From assembly GCF_035084215.1 (NCBI RefSeq), contig NC_090370.1, forward strand, positions 2,852,001-2,916,000: DNA of 64,000 bases, in the 5' to 3' direction. Made by a program: the position numbers and the translations under genes. Shown in pieces: positions 12,696 through 24,090 of the stretch. Every line of letters begins with the position of its first letter. Position 1 is the stretch's first letter. The notes below the pieces were generated by a model. It made no database searches. It had not been told where the DNA came from and saw nothing but the letters and a program-made list of their open reading frames with translations. The DNA comes from Heptranchias perlo (taxonomy: Eukaryota).

Positions 12696-12776
12696 ATTTG
12701 CATAGAATCACTCTCTTCCTCTCTTGACGCTTTGCATTGAGTGGGAAATCCCGCTCCATCTCCGAGCCCTATATAA
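12696..12776 (+). promoter_or_regulatory. IL23A proximal promoter: octamer ATTTGCAT (12696-12703), NF-kB site GGGAAATCCC (12743-12752), TATA box TATATAA (12770-12776)
   Basis: Exact consensus motifs within 170 bp upstream of the ATG at 12862; a further NF-kB-like gagaattcccc at 12569-12579. Confidence 0.8.
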
Positions 12777-12861
12777 GGACATGGCTTATTATGCCTTGTA
12801 TCGGATAGTGTTTGACCATCTGTTGTGGCTTTGAGTCGAGCTGTGACTTTTTCAGTGAAAG

Positions 12862-13014
12862 ATGCGGAGATGCTGCGAGTTGCTGGTGCTCAGCCTGTTA
12901 CTCAGTGCAGGTGGGATCATGGGCTCAGTCCCGGATCAGCAGCCCAGCTGGTTATCCTGTCGAATCCTTTCCAGGAACCTCACTTCAAAGACTTTTAACT
13001 ACACGCACAGACCC
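12862..13014 (+). CDS. IL23A: Interleukin-23 subunit alpha (p19), coding exon 1 (signal peptide and helix A)
   Basis: MRRCCELLVLSLLLSAGGIMGSVPDQQPSWLSCRILSRNLTSKTFNYTHRP; hydrophobic signal; PxWxxCxxLSxxL resembles human p19 PAWTQCQQLSQKL; donor gtgagt at 13015, phase 0. Confidence 0.85.
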
Positions 13015-15603
13015 GTGAGTTATTGCAAAGTTCATTATTATTTAAATAGTTTATTTAAAGTTTTATCAACAAATGATTATAACAAGAGAAAAAATATTTA
13101 ACTAAGTAAAAACTTTTTTTTACATTGGGTAACTCCAAGTAAAATATTTACATTTTAAGAATTAAATATTTTAAAATTCAGTGTTATAAAACACGTCTGC
13201 ACTGCATTTTAAAACGTTTAATTGGGACAGGAACTAAATCTATAAAAATGATTAAATCTTAGGAATAATGGTTTTAGTACAAATATTTTATCATTATTAA
13301 TTTTAAAGCTGTCTGATTCCGTTATGTCTTTAATATTTGTGCCAGTAATTTTTTTCAGAGCGAATATTAACGAAAAGGTTGGACGCACAGGAGAGATTCT
13401 CGGTTAAAATGTTTCGAAAATATATAAAACCAATATCAGTAGTTAAAATAAAAGCAGAACGGGGTTGTGGTTTGAAGAAAGCAATAAATATCAGAAAAAG
13501 AGAGAAAAGCTCGCAAAGTTCTAAAACACTGATATAAATGTGAGAGAGTCGATAAATGTTAATAAGCGCCGCTCAGTCGTAGCCGGGGGGCTGAGGCTGA
13601 GGTTCTCCTCTATACCCGTACTCAGGAGGCGGGAGAGCGAAGGAAATTCTTAATTAATAATAATAAATGTACAATAAACAGGATTATTAATAGGAGGATT
13701 AGGAAAAACATAATTGTTATGGAGCTGTTTCTTATTTGGGTGATAATTGTACCATTTAAAATAATTTATATTTTGGGAAGTATTCTCCAATAAGCACAGA
13801 TCCTGACTGCCTTTGTATCCGTTTCAGCTGTAATTATGTGAAGAACCGTAACTTTTAGTAATGGGTAATATAATACTGTGTATGAAACCTACAGATTAAT
13901 ACTAAACTAAAGATTAAATGATTAAAAAATAAATATTATATACCTGGGTAACCAATTTCAATTCTTAATTCTTAAATCTTTAAATGATGGGTTTCATGGA
14001 TAAATGTGACAATAGTGTGGTACTGAGCTCCACACAGAGCAGGAAGGGGCCAGGATCCATCGCCAGCCTGCGTTGAGTTAGCTTATTTCAGATGTTGAGG
14101 TGCTGAGCCCCTTACAGAGCAGGGAGGGCGCAGGGATCGAACCTGTATAGTTTAGGTACTCCTTGCATGAACTCTCTGAACCACCAGCCGAACATTTTTA
14201 ATTAAAGACTGTGTCCCTTTAAAAACATATGGCTTAGAATCAACGTATCCCCTTGTGCCATCACCCTGAAATCTGTCAGGAACAACGGATGAGTACTTTC
14301 CCAACACATAGAAGGAAGTCTTCTGTACGGGGAGGGGAAATGGAATTAAAAAGAATCTGCATTTTAGCTGTTTATGGGAATTTATTGTGCAAACACATTT
14401 CTTTCCCGCCACCTTGAGTCCCGTTGAAATGAATGAGAAATGGACTTCAGTGAATAGATGTCCGCAGGCTTCAAAGTGACCTCGTCACTTACTTGCAGTG
14501 GTGCTGAGGAAGAGGAGACTGGTGACACTGCCTGTTCTGGTGAATGTTTCTGGTTTTACTGACATATAGGCACCCCTGGACTTGTACTGGCACGAAAACC
14601 AACTCTCATGCAGGGCTTTGGCATACTCTAGCTGTCTCTCCCACCTAGGTTTGAATGGCTGTGCAAACTAATATGACAAGTGCACAGTTTAACACTGAAG
14701 GTCCCCCTAAGACCCAGATCCATTCTGTCCCCCCTAGCTATGTGATCTCCCAGCATTCCAAACAGCTACAAACAGCTGTTCGGCTGCGTTGCCCACAAGT
14801 ACTCCAACTGCTGCAGGAATAAACTGTGCCCCACGGTGTATGTCCGTTAACAGACATGCTCTCGTGCAGCGTAAGTTCAAAGTTTGCGTAATGGGAATGT
14901 AGAAATGACAGAAACTACAGACTTTGTACAGAAGGTGTACGTAAATCTGACTTTTTAGGGTAGAAGTTGTTGCATCAAAATATATTTACACAACAGGAAA
15001 TTAGATGAGTCGATGATTGTGTATCTGTATATCACAAAAGGTTTTGGAATTCCACTTGATAATTCTCCTGGCCCCTGGCAGGAGCTGACTGGCAGATTGG
15101 CAGATTACCAGATTAACATTTTAACCCTTGCTGTGCCACGCTTGATCAGGCAGCATCCCTTCTTGGGTTTCCACATCCATCGTTGGATTTCTCTCAGTTG
15201 GCAGAGGATAGAATTGACCTGCACAACAAGGTCCCAGGTTCAATTCCTGCTCTGTGCTGAGTTCTGCTGGGACGGTGTTAGGGGGATGTTACAATCAGGC
15301 TAGGGAGGGTAAATCAGTAAGGGGAACATGGCCCCTATGTGTGAACAGGATCAGGCTTGGAGCTGTGGGTACATTTAAGGGCAACGAGGAACGAGGGCAC
15401 CAACAACAACTTGCATTTATACAACATCTTTAGCGTAGTAAAACTTCCCAAGGCGCTTCACAGGAACATAATCAGACAAGGACTGTGCAGCACTGCATAA
15501 AATGTCTATGAATGGCAAAAGGTTACAATAATATGATAATGAGCAATTAATGATATGTTAAAGAGCCATTAATATGATAATCAGACCATGCTTTTCTCAA
15601 CAG

Positions 15604-15705
15604 GAGGGTTGCTTAAGAACTCTTAAACTGAATGACAGTGAGGACATCCCACGCATAGAGATCAGTGACAACTGTGACCCCAACACACTCAGGACTGTCC
15701 CTGAG
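15604..15705 (+). CDS. IL23A: IL-23 p19 exon 2
   Basis: cttttctcaacag acceptor, gtaagc donor, 102 nt; EGCLRTLKLNDSEDIPRIEISDNCDPNTLRTVPE resembles DVPHIQCGDGCDPQGLR. Confidence 0.85.
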
Positions 15706-17285
15706 GTAAGCATTAGGTGACAGGGTACAGTGGTATAGTGGTTATGTCACTACACTAGTAATTTCATGAAAAAAAAAATCAAATCCTACTATGATAGTTT
15801 GAGAATTTAAATTCAGTTTAAAAAAGCTGGTATTAGTAAAAGTGACTGTGAAGTTATCAGAATCCACCTGGTTCACTAATGTCCTTTTGGGAAGGAAACC
15901 TGCCGTCCTTACTTGGTCTGGCCTATGTGTGACTCCAGTCCCACACCAACTTGACTGACTGCCCTCTGAAGTGGTCTTACAAGGCAACTGGGGGGTGGGC
16001 ACATCCTGAGAATACATTTTTAAAAACACTGTGCACTGGGTGGCGATGGGACATTCAGAAAACGCGCTTGATGGCTGATCCCATTGTTTCACTTTCTGGT
16101 ATAACTGCACTTTGTCCCAAGATATTTATTAACAATTTATTTTCTGTCAGTGCTTTATTTCCATTCCCCAAATGAACCCTCCCAGGTTTGGCCATGGTCA
16201 GGCCCTCAGAGCTCGTGGAGATGGTTAATGCTGTCTCTCGGTTGACACAACAGAAGGAAGTGAATCTGCCCCAACCCGGTGAGATTTCAGTCCCCCTCCC
16301 CTCCCCTCCTCCCTCCAGTGCTCAAAACCACCTTCCTTTCCTTGGATTGTTGTGTAAATCTCTCACCACTAAACTCAGGCTTTGAGTGACATTCCTTGAT
16401 GTTGTTGACCTTCACCATTTCTTGGTCTGGCCTCTAGAGGAGCCCAATGTAGAGGCTGAGTTTTAACGTGCAAGGGGGAAAAAATGACAAGACCATCCCT
16501 GCCCCAGCAGAAATGCATCTACTGCCACTCTGCAGTTGGCTCTATGGTATTGTACCATACAGACCAAGAAACTTCCAGTTTCGATCTTCAGTCTGTACTG
16601 AGTTAGCTGATTAACTGTCCTCTGAAGTGGCCTAACAAGCCACTCAGTTGTATCAAACCACTACCAGCGGTTCAAGTAGCAGGCCCACCACCACCTTCTC
16701 AGGGCGACAAGGGATGGGCAATAAATGCCGGCCTTGCCAGCGATGCCCACATCCCGAGAATACATTTTAAAAATCTCAGGCGGGGTGCTACAATTTGCCT
16801 CAGTGCACTTGGGCTGGGCAGAGAAAACTCAACTGGGGTTCCCACTCCTCATTGCTGTCCAGTGACCCTGCTGGAACATGCTTGGACGGATGTTGGTTGA
16901 AGACAGGATTGGGCAGGGCTTTGATGCCATCTATAGTCAAATAGCCTGCCAATACTCACTGCCTAGCCTCACACACAAAAAATGGCCACTTGGGTGAGCT
17001 ACCGAATGGTTCATGGTGCCCGTGAAACTGAACCCCAGCATGAGTAAGACCCTTAAGGAGAAAAGGTCCTTACAGCTCCATGTGGCCTGGCGCAAAGACT
17101 TTCCATCTATCACATTACCCTGGTGCTTCCAATCTATCAGAAGGCGCATGATGGATGCCAGTTATGGAAAGATCCATGGACCAAACCACTGTGGACTTAA
17201 ATGGGAATGTATGTTATCACGGACGCAGGCATACAACACAAACAACAGTATCACTTATAGTATCATTGCCCTTTGTCTCTTTCAG

Positions 17286-17432
17286 ACATGCCTGAAGAAG
17301 ATTAAGGAAGGCCTGTCGTATTACCACAATCAGTTTAGCCAACTGGGAAGCGTGTCAAAACTCAACAGCAACATTCGAAAATTTTCACATAATCTTTCAA
17401 CAATTATCTTGGCTCTCCTCAAGTCAATCAAG
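17286..17432 (+). CDS. IL23A: IL-23 p19 exon 3
   Basis: ctttgtctctttcag acceptor, gtaata donor, 147 nt; TCLKKIKEGLSYYHNQF...ILALLKSIK carries the CLxxIxxGLxxY IL-6/IL-23 family motif. Confidence 0.88.
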
Positions 17433-17754
17433 GTAATATTTATTTCTACAAACTAGCAGATGTCCCATGACATTGCTAATGGGTAGCCTGGGGGTCTGTG
17501 ATGTTTAGCCGTGTTTAACCTGGCCTGTCCCTTTAAGGCATTCCTAGTGGGGTAGTGCTCCAAATAAGCACATCCGAAGGACAGTTAGAGGCTAATTGCT
17601 GTGGGAGATATCTGTAGATTAGCAGCTGCTTGTGAACCCTGGTTATCAAGGTTGGGAAAACCAGCAGGAAATGACTGGCTTTCCTTCTCTCTGTAAAAAT
17701 ATTTTTGACAAGCACCAGAGATAGAATATATAGCTAGATAGAGAAATATCTTCC

Positions 17755-18555
17755 TCTCTGGTTCAGCCCGAGACAGTGGCCAGGGAACGAAATAGAGTCG
17801 GTGGCGAGGGTATGGAGTTTGTGGCGGGGGCCAAAGACAATGGCTTCGGTCTTCCCAGTGTTTAACTGGAGAAAATTGCGGCTCATTCAGGACTGGATGT
17901 TGGACAAGCAGTCTGACAATACAGGCAGTGGTGGAGAGATAGAGCTGGGTGCTGTCAGTGTACATGTGGAAACTGACCCCAAAGCCTGCAGATGGTGTCA
18001 CCAAGGGGCAGCATGTAGATGAGAAATAGGAGGGGGCCAATAATAGAATCTCGGGAAACGGTGTGGGGTAGAGATGGGAAGAGAAGCCATTGCAGGAGAT
18101 TCTCTGGCTATGGTTTGATAGATAAGAATGGAACCAATAAGGGCAGTTCCACTCAGCTGGACAACGGAGGAGAAGCGTTGGAGGGGGATGGTGTGGTCAA
18201 CCGTGTCAAAGGCTGCAGACAGGTGGAGAAGGATGAGGAGGGATAGTTTACCACGGTCACAATCACAGAGGATGTCATTTGTGACTTTGATTAGGGTCGT
18301 TTCAGTGCTGTGGCAAGGGCGGAAACCTGATTGGAGAGATTCAAACATGGAGTTGTGGGAAAGATGGACATGGATTTGGGAGGCAACAATATGTTCAAGA
18401 ACTTTGGAGAGGAAAGGGAGGTTGGAGATGGGGTGGTGGTTTGCAAGGACAAAAGGGTTGAGGGTGGGTTTTTTGAGGAGGGGGTGATGGCAGCAGGTTT
18501 GAAAGAGATGGGGAACAGTACCTGAAGAGAGGGAACCATTTACAATGTCAATGCT
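17755..18555 (-). mobile_element. L2-clade LINE RT fragment in IL23A intron 3
   Basis: ORF 17998-18639: PISNLPFLSKVLE...QSGFRPCHSTET...LSAAFDTVDH. Confidence 0.9.
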
Positions 18556-18844
18556 TTTGTATCGATTTTTATACTGTGACCTCCACACACTGCCCAAACA
18601 CTGAGAACCCCATGAACTGGCAGAGAGGTGATACTTCATCCCTTCAATCTGGACTGGATTTAAACCCAGGTCCCAGACATGAAAGGACTGTATCTAACCC
18701 ACTGCACCATCCAGGTTCCAGCTGGTTAAATCATTTGTGACACTTACTATGAGATATAATTCCAATTATGCAAGATGTCACGTTGCCTCTACTATATGGG
18801 CTGTTTTTGCAGTCTTGTTAACGCTCAGTACTTTTACGTTTCAG

Positions 18845-19060
18845 AGCTCAGACAGCAGCACAGACGGCAAGGTTGCAGACGACAGGGTCGCAAACGGCAG
18901 GGCCGCAGCCACACCCAAGATCGATGATTGGCAACTGAACTGTACACTGTTTATAACTCTACAGAGATTTCAATCCTTCTCCTCCCTGGTGGCCCGTGTC
19001 TTTGGACATCCTTCAGGAAACCCTTCAGAGCACCATAACACAGGGGGATGTGGGGTGTAA
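18845..19060 (+). CDS. IL23A: IL-23 p19 exon 4 (helix D, stop)
   Basis: cttttacgtttcag acceptor; ...DDWQLNCTLFITLQRFQSFSSLVARVFGH...GV* resembles [28 protein letters not shown]; the four exons join into a 205-aa ORF. Confidence 0.88.
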   Translation, partial: SSDSSTDGKVADDRVANGRAAATPKIDDWQLNCTLFITLQRFQSFSSLVARVFGHPSGNPSEHHNTGGCGV

Positions 19061-19154
19061 TTCAGGGGTCTGCTGGGCAAGGAACAAAGTGCCATCTAGT
19101 GGACAAGAGCCACTATCTGTTGTACCCGGTTATCTTTACATCATCAGGTTACTT

Positions 19155-19480
19155 CGAAACTACAGCACAGAAACAGGCCATTTGGCCCAATTGGTCTATG
19201 CCGGTGTTTACGCTCCACATGAGCCCCCTCCCTACTTTATCTCACCCTATCAACATATCCTTCTGTTCCTTTCTCCTTCATGTGCTTATCTAGTTTTTCC
19301 TTAAATGCATCTATGTTATTCGCCTCAACTACTCCACGTGGTAGCAAGTTCCAGATTCTCACCACTCTCTGGGTAAAGAAGTTTCTCCTGAATCCCCTAT
19401 TGGATTTATTAGCGACTATTTTATATTTATGACCCCTAGTTTTGGACTCCCCCCACAAGTGGAAACATTTTCTCAATGTT
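19155..19480 (-). mobile_element. CR1 3' fragment within the predicted IL23A 3'UTR
   Basis: ORF 19237-19572: ESKTRGHKYKI...RRNFFTQRVVRIWN. Confidence 0.85.
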
Positions 19481-20402
19481 AATTTGGAAGCGCCATTTAA
19501 AAAGAGACAATGTCCAGTTGTGTAGAACACTGTGGCCCACTTCACAAAATGATGCTTTAAAATGGCTGCCATCTGGGTCTCCCAAACACCACTTAACTTT
19601 ATAGGTCATTGTGTTGGACGGGTACAGTAGTGTAGTGGTGATGTTACTGGACTAATAATCCAGAGAACGTGAGTTTAAATCTCACCATGGCAGTTTGCAA
19701 ATTTGAATTCAGTTTTAAAAAGCTGGTATCAGTAAAAGAACCACCACCACCTTCTCAGGGCAACTAGGGGAGGGGCAATAAATGCCAGTCTTGCCAGCGA
19801 TGCCCACATCCCCAGAATGAAACAAAAAAATTCAAATGCATGTGTAAAACCTTTTTATTAATAAAAGCTTTTTATTGGTCTGTACTTTAATGTACAGGTG
19901 GGGGGAAGGGGGGAGAAGGGGAGATAGCATGAGGGAAATCCAGATCTGAGTAGACCGGAATTGTCCTTAAGGTCCCACAATTCCAGAATTACTCCACCTG
20001 AACATTTTTGTGAGTCTGTTTTCTGAAGTATGTTTGAGTCCTGGCTGAACAAAATGAAATACCCTTTCTGGTATTACACCAACACCAGTGACCATCACAA
20101 CAGTTTGATAGATTTTATATTTCGAAATCAACATTATTTCTATAATATGGGCATTCTGGAATAGTTTGATGATCTTGTCAGGAAATTATTTTCCCCCCAA
20201 TGTTATCCTCATTATTTTCCAACCTCCCCTGTAATTAATTAAAAAGCTTTTTAAACAAGAAATCTGAAAGTTAAGCTATCCATTCTATTCTGCTTTGACC
20301 TCTGGGAATGTGACATTTCTCTATGCCTTGTTTACATAGTCACACAGCCACAAGCCAAGTTCATTTGTTCTTTCTTCATTTAGTGAGTTTAACATCTGAT
20401 CA

Positions 20403-20612
20403 ATTTAACATATAGATACACAATATTCTATTTACATTTAGGTATTTACACAATTTAATATCTATTCAAACTTTTATCCTGCTCTTGCTTGTTATAGTCT
20501 ATTGGGACGTTTTCGGGACTATAACTGTATTGTTTAACATTATTTTAAGTTATTTATAAATTACTTTAAAAGTTTGTAAAAGACAAGTTTGTAATGAACA
20601 AACTGTAATAAA
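20403..20612 (+). promoter_or_regulatory. AU-rich element cluster and poly(A) signal, probable IL23A 3' end
   Basis: ATTTA at 20403, 20430, 20436, 20444, 20453 and 20552; AATAAA at 20607-20612. Confidence 0.6.
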
Positions 20613-21371
20613 GCTTGCATAACATACCATCTGCCAAGTGTCTGTTCAAGAACTGGGAGGCTCACAGAAACAGGCTGCGCTGCAGTTGGTACTAAGAGTA
20701 GGTTTTGCTGGGTAGAGAAAGGGCAGAGTGGGACTGGGTGGTACAGTGGATCAACACTTATCCTCTCACCTCCAGGAGCTGGGTTTGACTCCAGCCCAGA
20801 CTGGTGGGATGAGGGTTTCCTCTGTCTGTCTGAAAGCGAGAGTGGGGAGGGGGAAGTGAGGGGGAGGTGGTGGAGGAAGAAAAGACAGAATGAGAAAAGG
20901 AGAGACAGAAAAGAGCAAGAGAAATAGAGAAGAAAGAGCACGAGAGAAAGCAATCAAACCTAATGGAGAGCAAAAAAAAGCTGAGGTGGGAAAAGAAAGA
21001 AGTATACACTGAACAAAAGAGGAACAAGAAAAAAATTAAACAACAAAAATATGCGGATGGAAAGCTATTCCTGAGCCTCGAACAGTGCTGGTCTTTGAGG
21101 AGTTGCACCAACATCTCAGTGGGTAGTCTGGCTCCACCCTTTGACCCTCTGGGTGTGGAACAGCTTGGACCCCATTACTCACCTCACTGAACAACCCAGC
21201 CGAGATCAGGAGATCGAACGTGTCACGTGACCAACTCTCTCCCCTCCCGTTCTGAGCACTGACTCAGGGTGGGGTACAATTACTGGAGTCTGACAGGCCC
21301 TCCATCACCTCATCCAAGTTGCCGTTCTTCACTTCTAAATAAAGCAGATCTCCAAACTGAATGAAAGCGAT

Positions 21372-21541
21372 GATTTTAAGCTAACCCGCCCCGCGAGAAC
21401 AGAACAGGATGGGATAGGATGCCCGTTGTGCACCCTGCCCCACTTTATGCTCTGAAGCCGAATGTATAATGGGACAGGGGTGCAAAACGGGCACCCGACG
21501 CCAACTTGTCCACTTCTCGCCAGGCGGGTTAGCTTAAAATC
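21372..21541. mobile_element. Palindromic MITE-like element
   Basis: 19-bp perfect inverted termini gattttaagctaacccgcc / ggcgggttagcttaaaatc plus an inner imperfect inverted pair. Confidence 0.7.
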
Positions 21542-23719
21542 GGGGCATAAGTGTCAGCGGGTCACACACTTGCCTCTGAGTCAGAAGGTCGTGGGTTCAA
21601 GTCCCTACTCCAGGGAGTGCTGCACTGTCGGAGGTGCCGTCTTTTGGACGAGGTGTCAAATTGAGGTCCCACAGTGCTACCAGGACTTCTTCCCAGTGTC
21701 CTGGGGTCAACATTCCTCCCTCAACCAACACCACCAAAACAGATGATCTGGTCATTCACTGAGCTGTTGTTTGTGGGATCTTGCTGTGCACAAATTGTCT
21801 GCCGTGTTTCCTACATTACAACAGTGGCTACATTACAAAAAGGTACCTCATTGGCTGTAAAGTGCTCAGAGACATGACTCAGTGTTATATATGTGACTGT
21901 TCCTTCCTCCTTCGACAGGTATAAGCACCGACATTTTAAGGTTAAATCCACACTACCGCATTGTGACCCGTAGGGAAAATTCTTTCTCTGATTAGATTAG
22001 TCAGAGTAGGATGACAGACCCTCACTTCCTCATATGGGCAGTTCAGAGCTTTACCTGCGCTGTCCCTGGAAAGAGGATTTACAACACTGGGGTTTTCAGC
22101 CTGTGGCTATACACACGGTCCCTCTCCACAACAATTTGCAACCTAGGGTTCTGTATAAAAATTGATTCATCAGCAAGACTCATCATTGAAGAAAGAAAGA
22201 ACTTGCATTTCTACAGCGCCTTTCACAACCTCAGGACGTCCCAAAGTGCTTTACAGCCAATGAAGTGATTTCGAAGTGTAGGCAGTGTTGTAATGTAGGA
22301 AACACGGCAGTCAATTTGTGCACAGCAAGATTCTCCCTAACCTACCCAGTTGAAACAAGTTGTCTACACAAACACAATCTATTCCCTTAATCATCTTCTA
22401 AACCATGTACAAATCACCCCATAGTCTACGTTTCTCGAAAGAATAGAGACCCAGCTCTTTGAGCCTATCTGCAGACTAATCTCTGTCCAAGGCCCCAAAC
22501 CACCCTGAGAAAACATGTGGGAGAAAATGAAAATTAAATCTACAAAGATAGAAATAAGAGAGGAAAACTGAAGCAACAAAAATCTGCTGGAACTAAATGA
22601 TGAGGAGAAAAAAAGTTGAATACTTGAAAATAAAAGCAAAAATAAATCTCAAAAAGAAAAACAGGTGAAGCAGAGTTAACCTGGGCCCCCCGTGGAGACA
22701 GAAGCTGCTCAGTGGCAGAGGAGGTTGGGACTCACAGAGGGAAAGAAAATTTAGCAGTCTGGTTACGGAGGGGCAGAGGCCTGAGAATCAACTCACCTCC
22801 TGACCCAGGGGCTGACAAAGGGAATTAAAAATAAATCTTTAAGAAATTGTTTTCTGGAGGATAGCAACGAGAATTTTTAAAAATAAACGTTCTTTATATT
22901 AACAGCTCAAAAATGCACAGATAAATGTATCATATTAAAAAGAAATTGCACAGGGTATTTTAAAAACACCCAACAGAAAAGCAAAGTTTATCCATCGAAA
23001 ATTGCCTTTTACACGCAGCAAGGACATGTTTGCCCACAAGAGGGAGTTGCTAAACTCCCCAGCACCATTGCCAATAAATAGGATCTCTCAGCCTAGGCTT
23101 TCCTCGGCAATGATTTGGGACGGTGTAACAGTGGTGCAGCAGGGAAAATGCAGCAGGAGGCCTATCGCCAAATCCCCACCCTTCAATCAGGCCTCACAAA
23201 TTTTCCTCCCCATCCCTCCCCAGCTGCCGGCCTTTGACTGCCCCGCTGCGTTTAAATGACTGTGAGAGGGCAAGGCTTGGGAAACCAGCTGACAGCCTTG
23301 GCTTCTCGTCCCAGTACTGCCAACCCAAAGCAAGGCCAGTACAGGGAGTGGGGGAGACAGGGGTGCGGGTGGTGGTACTGAGTCTGCCGCTGCAGAAGGA
23401 GCACCAAATCCAGGAAAGGACCGAGTCTCGACGACCTCCCCCGCTCCTATGCCCTTCGAGCACTGACAGGACTCTCAAGGGCTCAGTCAGAGCCAGTTGG
23501 AAAAATGGGCTGCAATCTCTTCAGCGGGTGCCTGCCCCTTTAACGGTAGCCCCTCCTGTTTGGCGTTGCAACATTACAGTATTTTCCTCATTTGCAGGGT
23601 GGGCTGAGCTGAGCTGAGTGGGTATCCCCCTGGGAGCCCACCCTCTGTATATAATTGACCTTGACCCAGGAAAATGTGTCGGGGTCATGGCGGGGTCAGT
23701 CTGGCAGGCAGAAAAGAAA

Positions 23720-24090
23720 AAGAAAGAACTTGCATGTCTATAGCGCCTTTCACAACCTCAGGACGTCCAAAAGCGCTTTACAGCCAATGAAGTACTTTTG
23801 TGTAGTCACTGTTGTAATGTAGGAAACGGGGCAGCCAAATTGCACACAGCAAGCTCCCACAAACAGCAATGTGATAATGACTAGATAATCTGTTTTAGTA
23901 GTGTTGGGTGAGGGATAAATATTGGCCCAGGACACCGGGAAAAACGCCCCTGCTCTTCTTCAAAATAGTGATCGTGGGATCTTTTACGTCCGCCCTAGAG
24001 GGCAGACAGGGCCTCGGTTTAATGTCTCATCCGAAAGATTGCACCTCTGACAATACAGCACTGGGCGTGTCAGCCTGGATTACGTGCTCA
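23720..24090 (-). mobile_element. Deu-domain SINE copy
   Basis: Reverse-complement match to 33688-34142. Confidence 0.8.

Noticed and set aside
17013-17456. 147-aa ORF as a standalone gene
   Set aside because: Only 17286-17432 is exonic (IL23A exon 3); the rest is intron and SINE read-through
20304-20322. Small stem-loop gggaatg-tga-catttct as a Roquin CDE
   Set aside because: Loop UGA does not fit the pyrimidine-purine-pyrimidine triloop, and the stem is weak
20738-20830. tRNA-like sequence (also ~18640-18715 minus strand, ~54103-54165, and SINE heads at 29728, 33688, 36055)
   Set aside because: A/B-box-like motifs without a complete cloverleaf; these are SINE heads, not tRNA genes
20561-21190. 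Several Leu/Phe/Ser- or Lys-rich ORFs
   Set aside because: Artefacts of GA-rich low-complexity sequence
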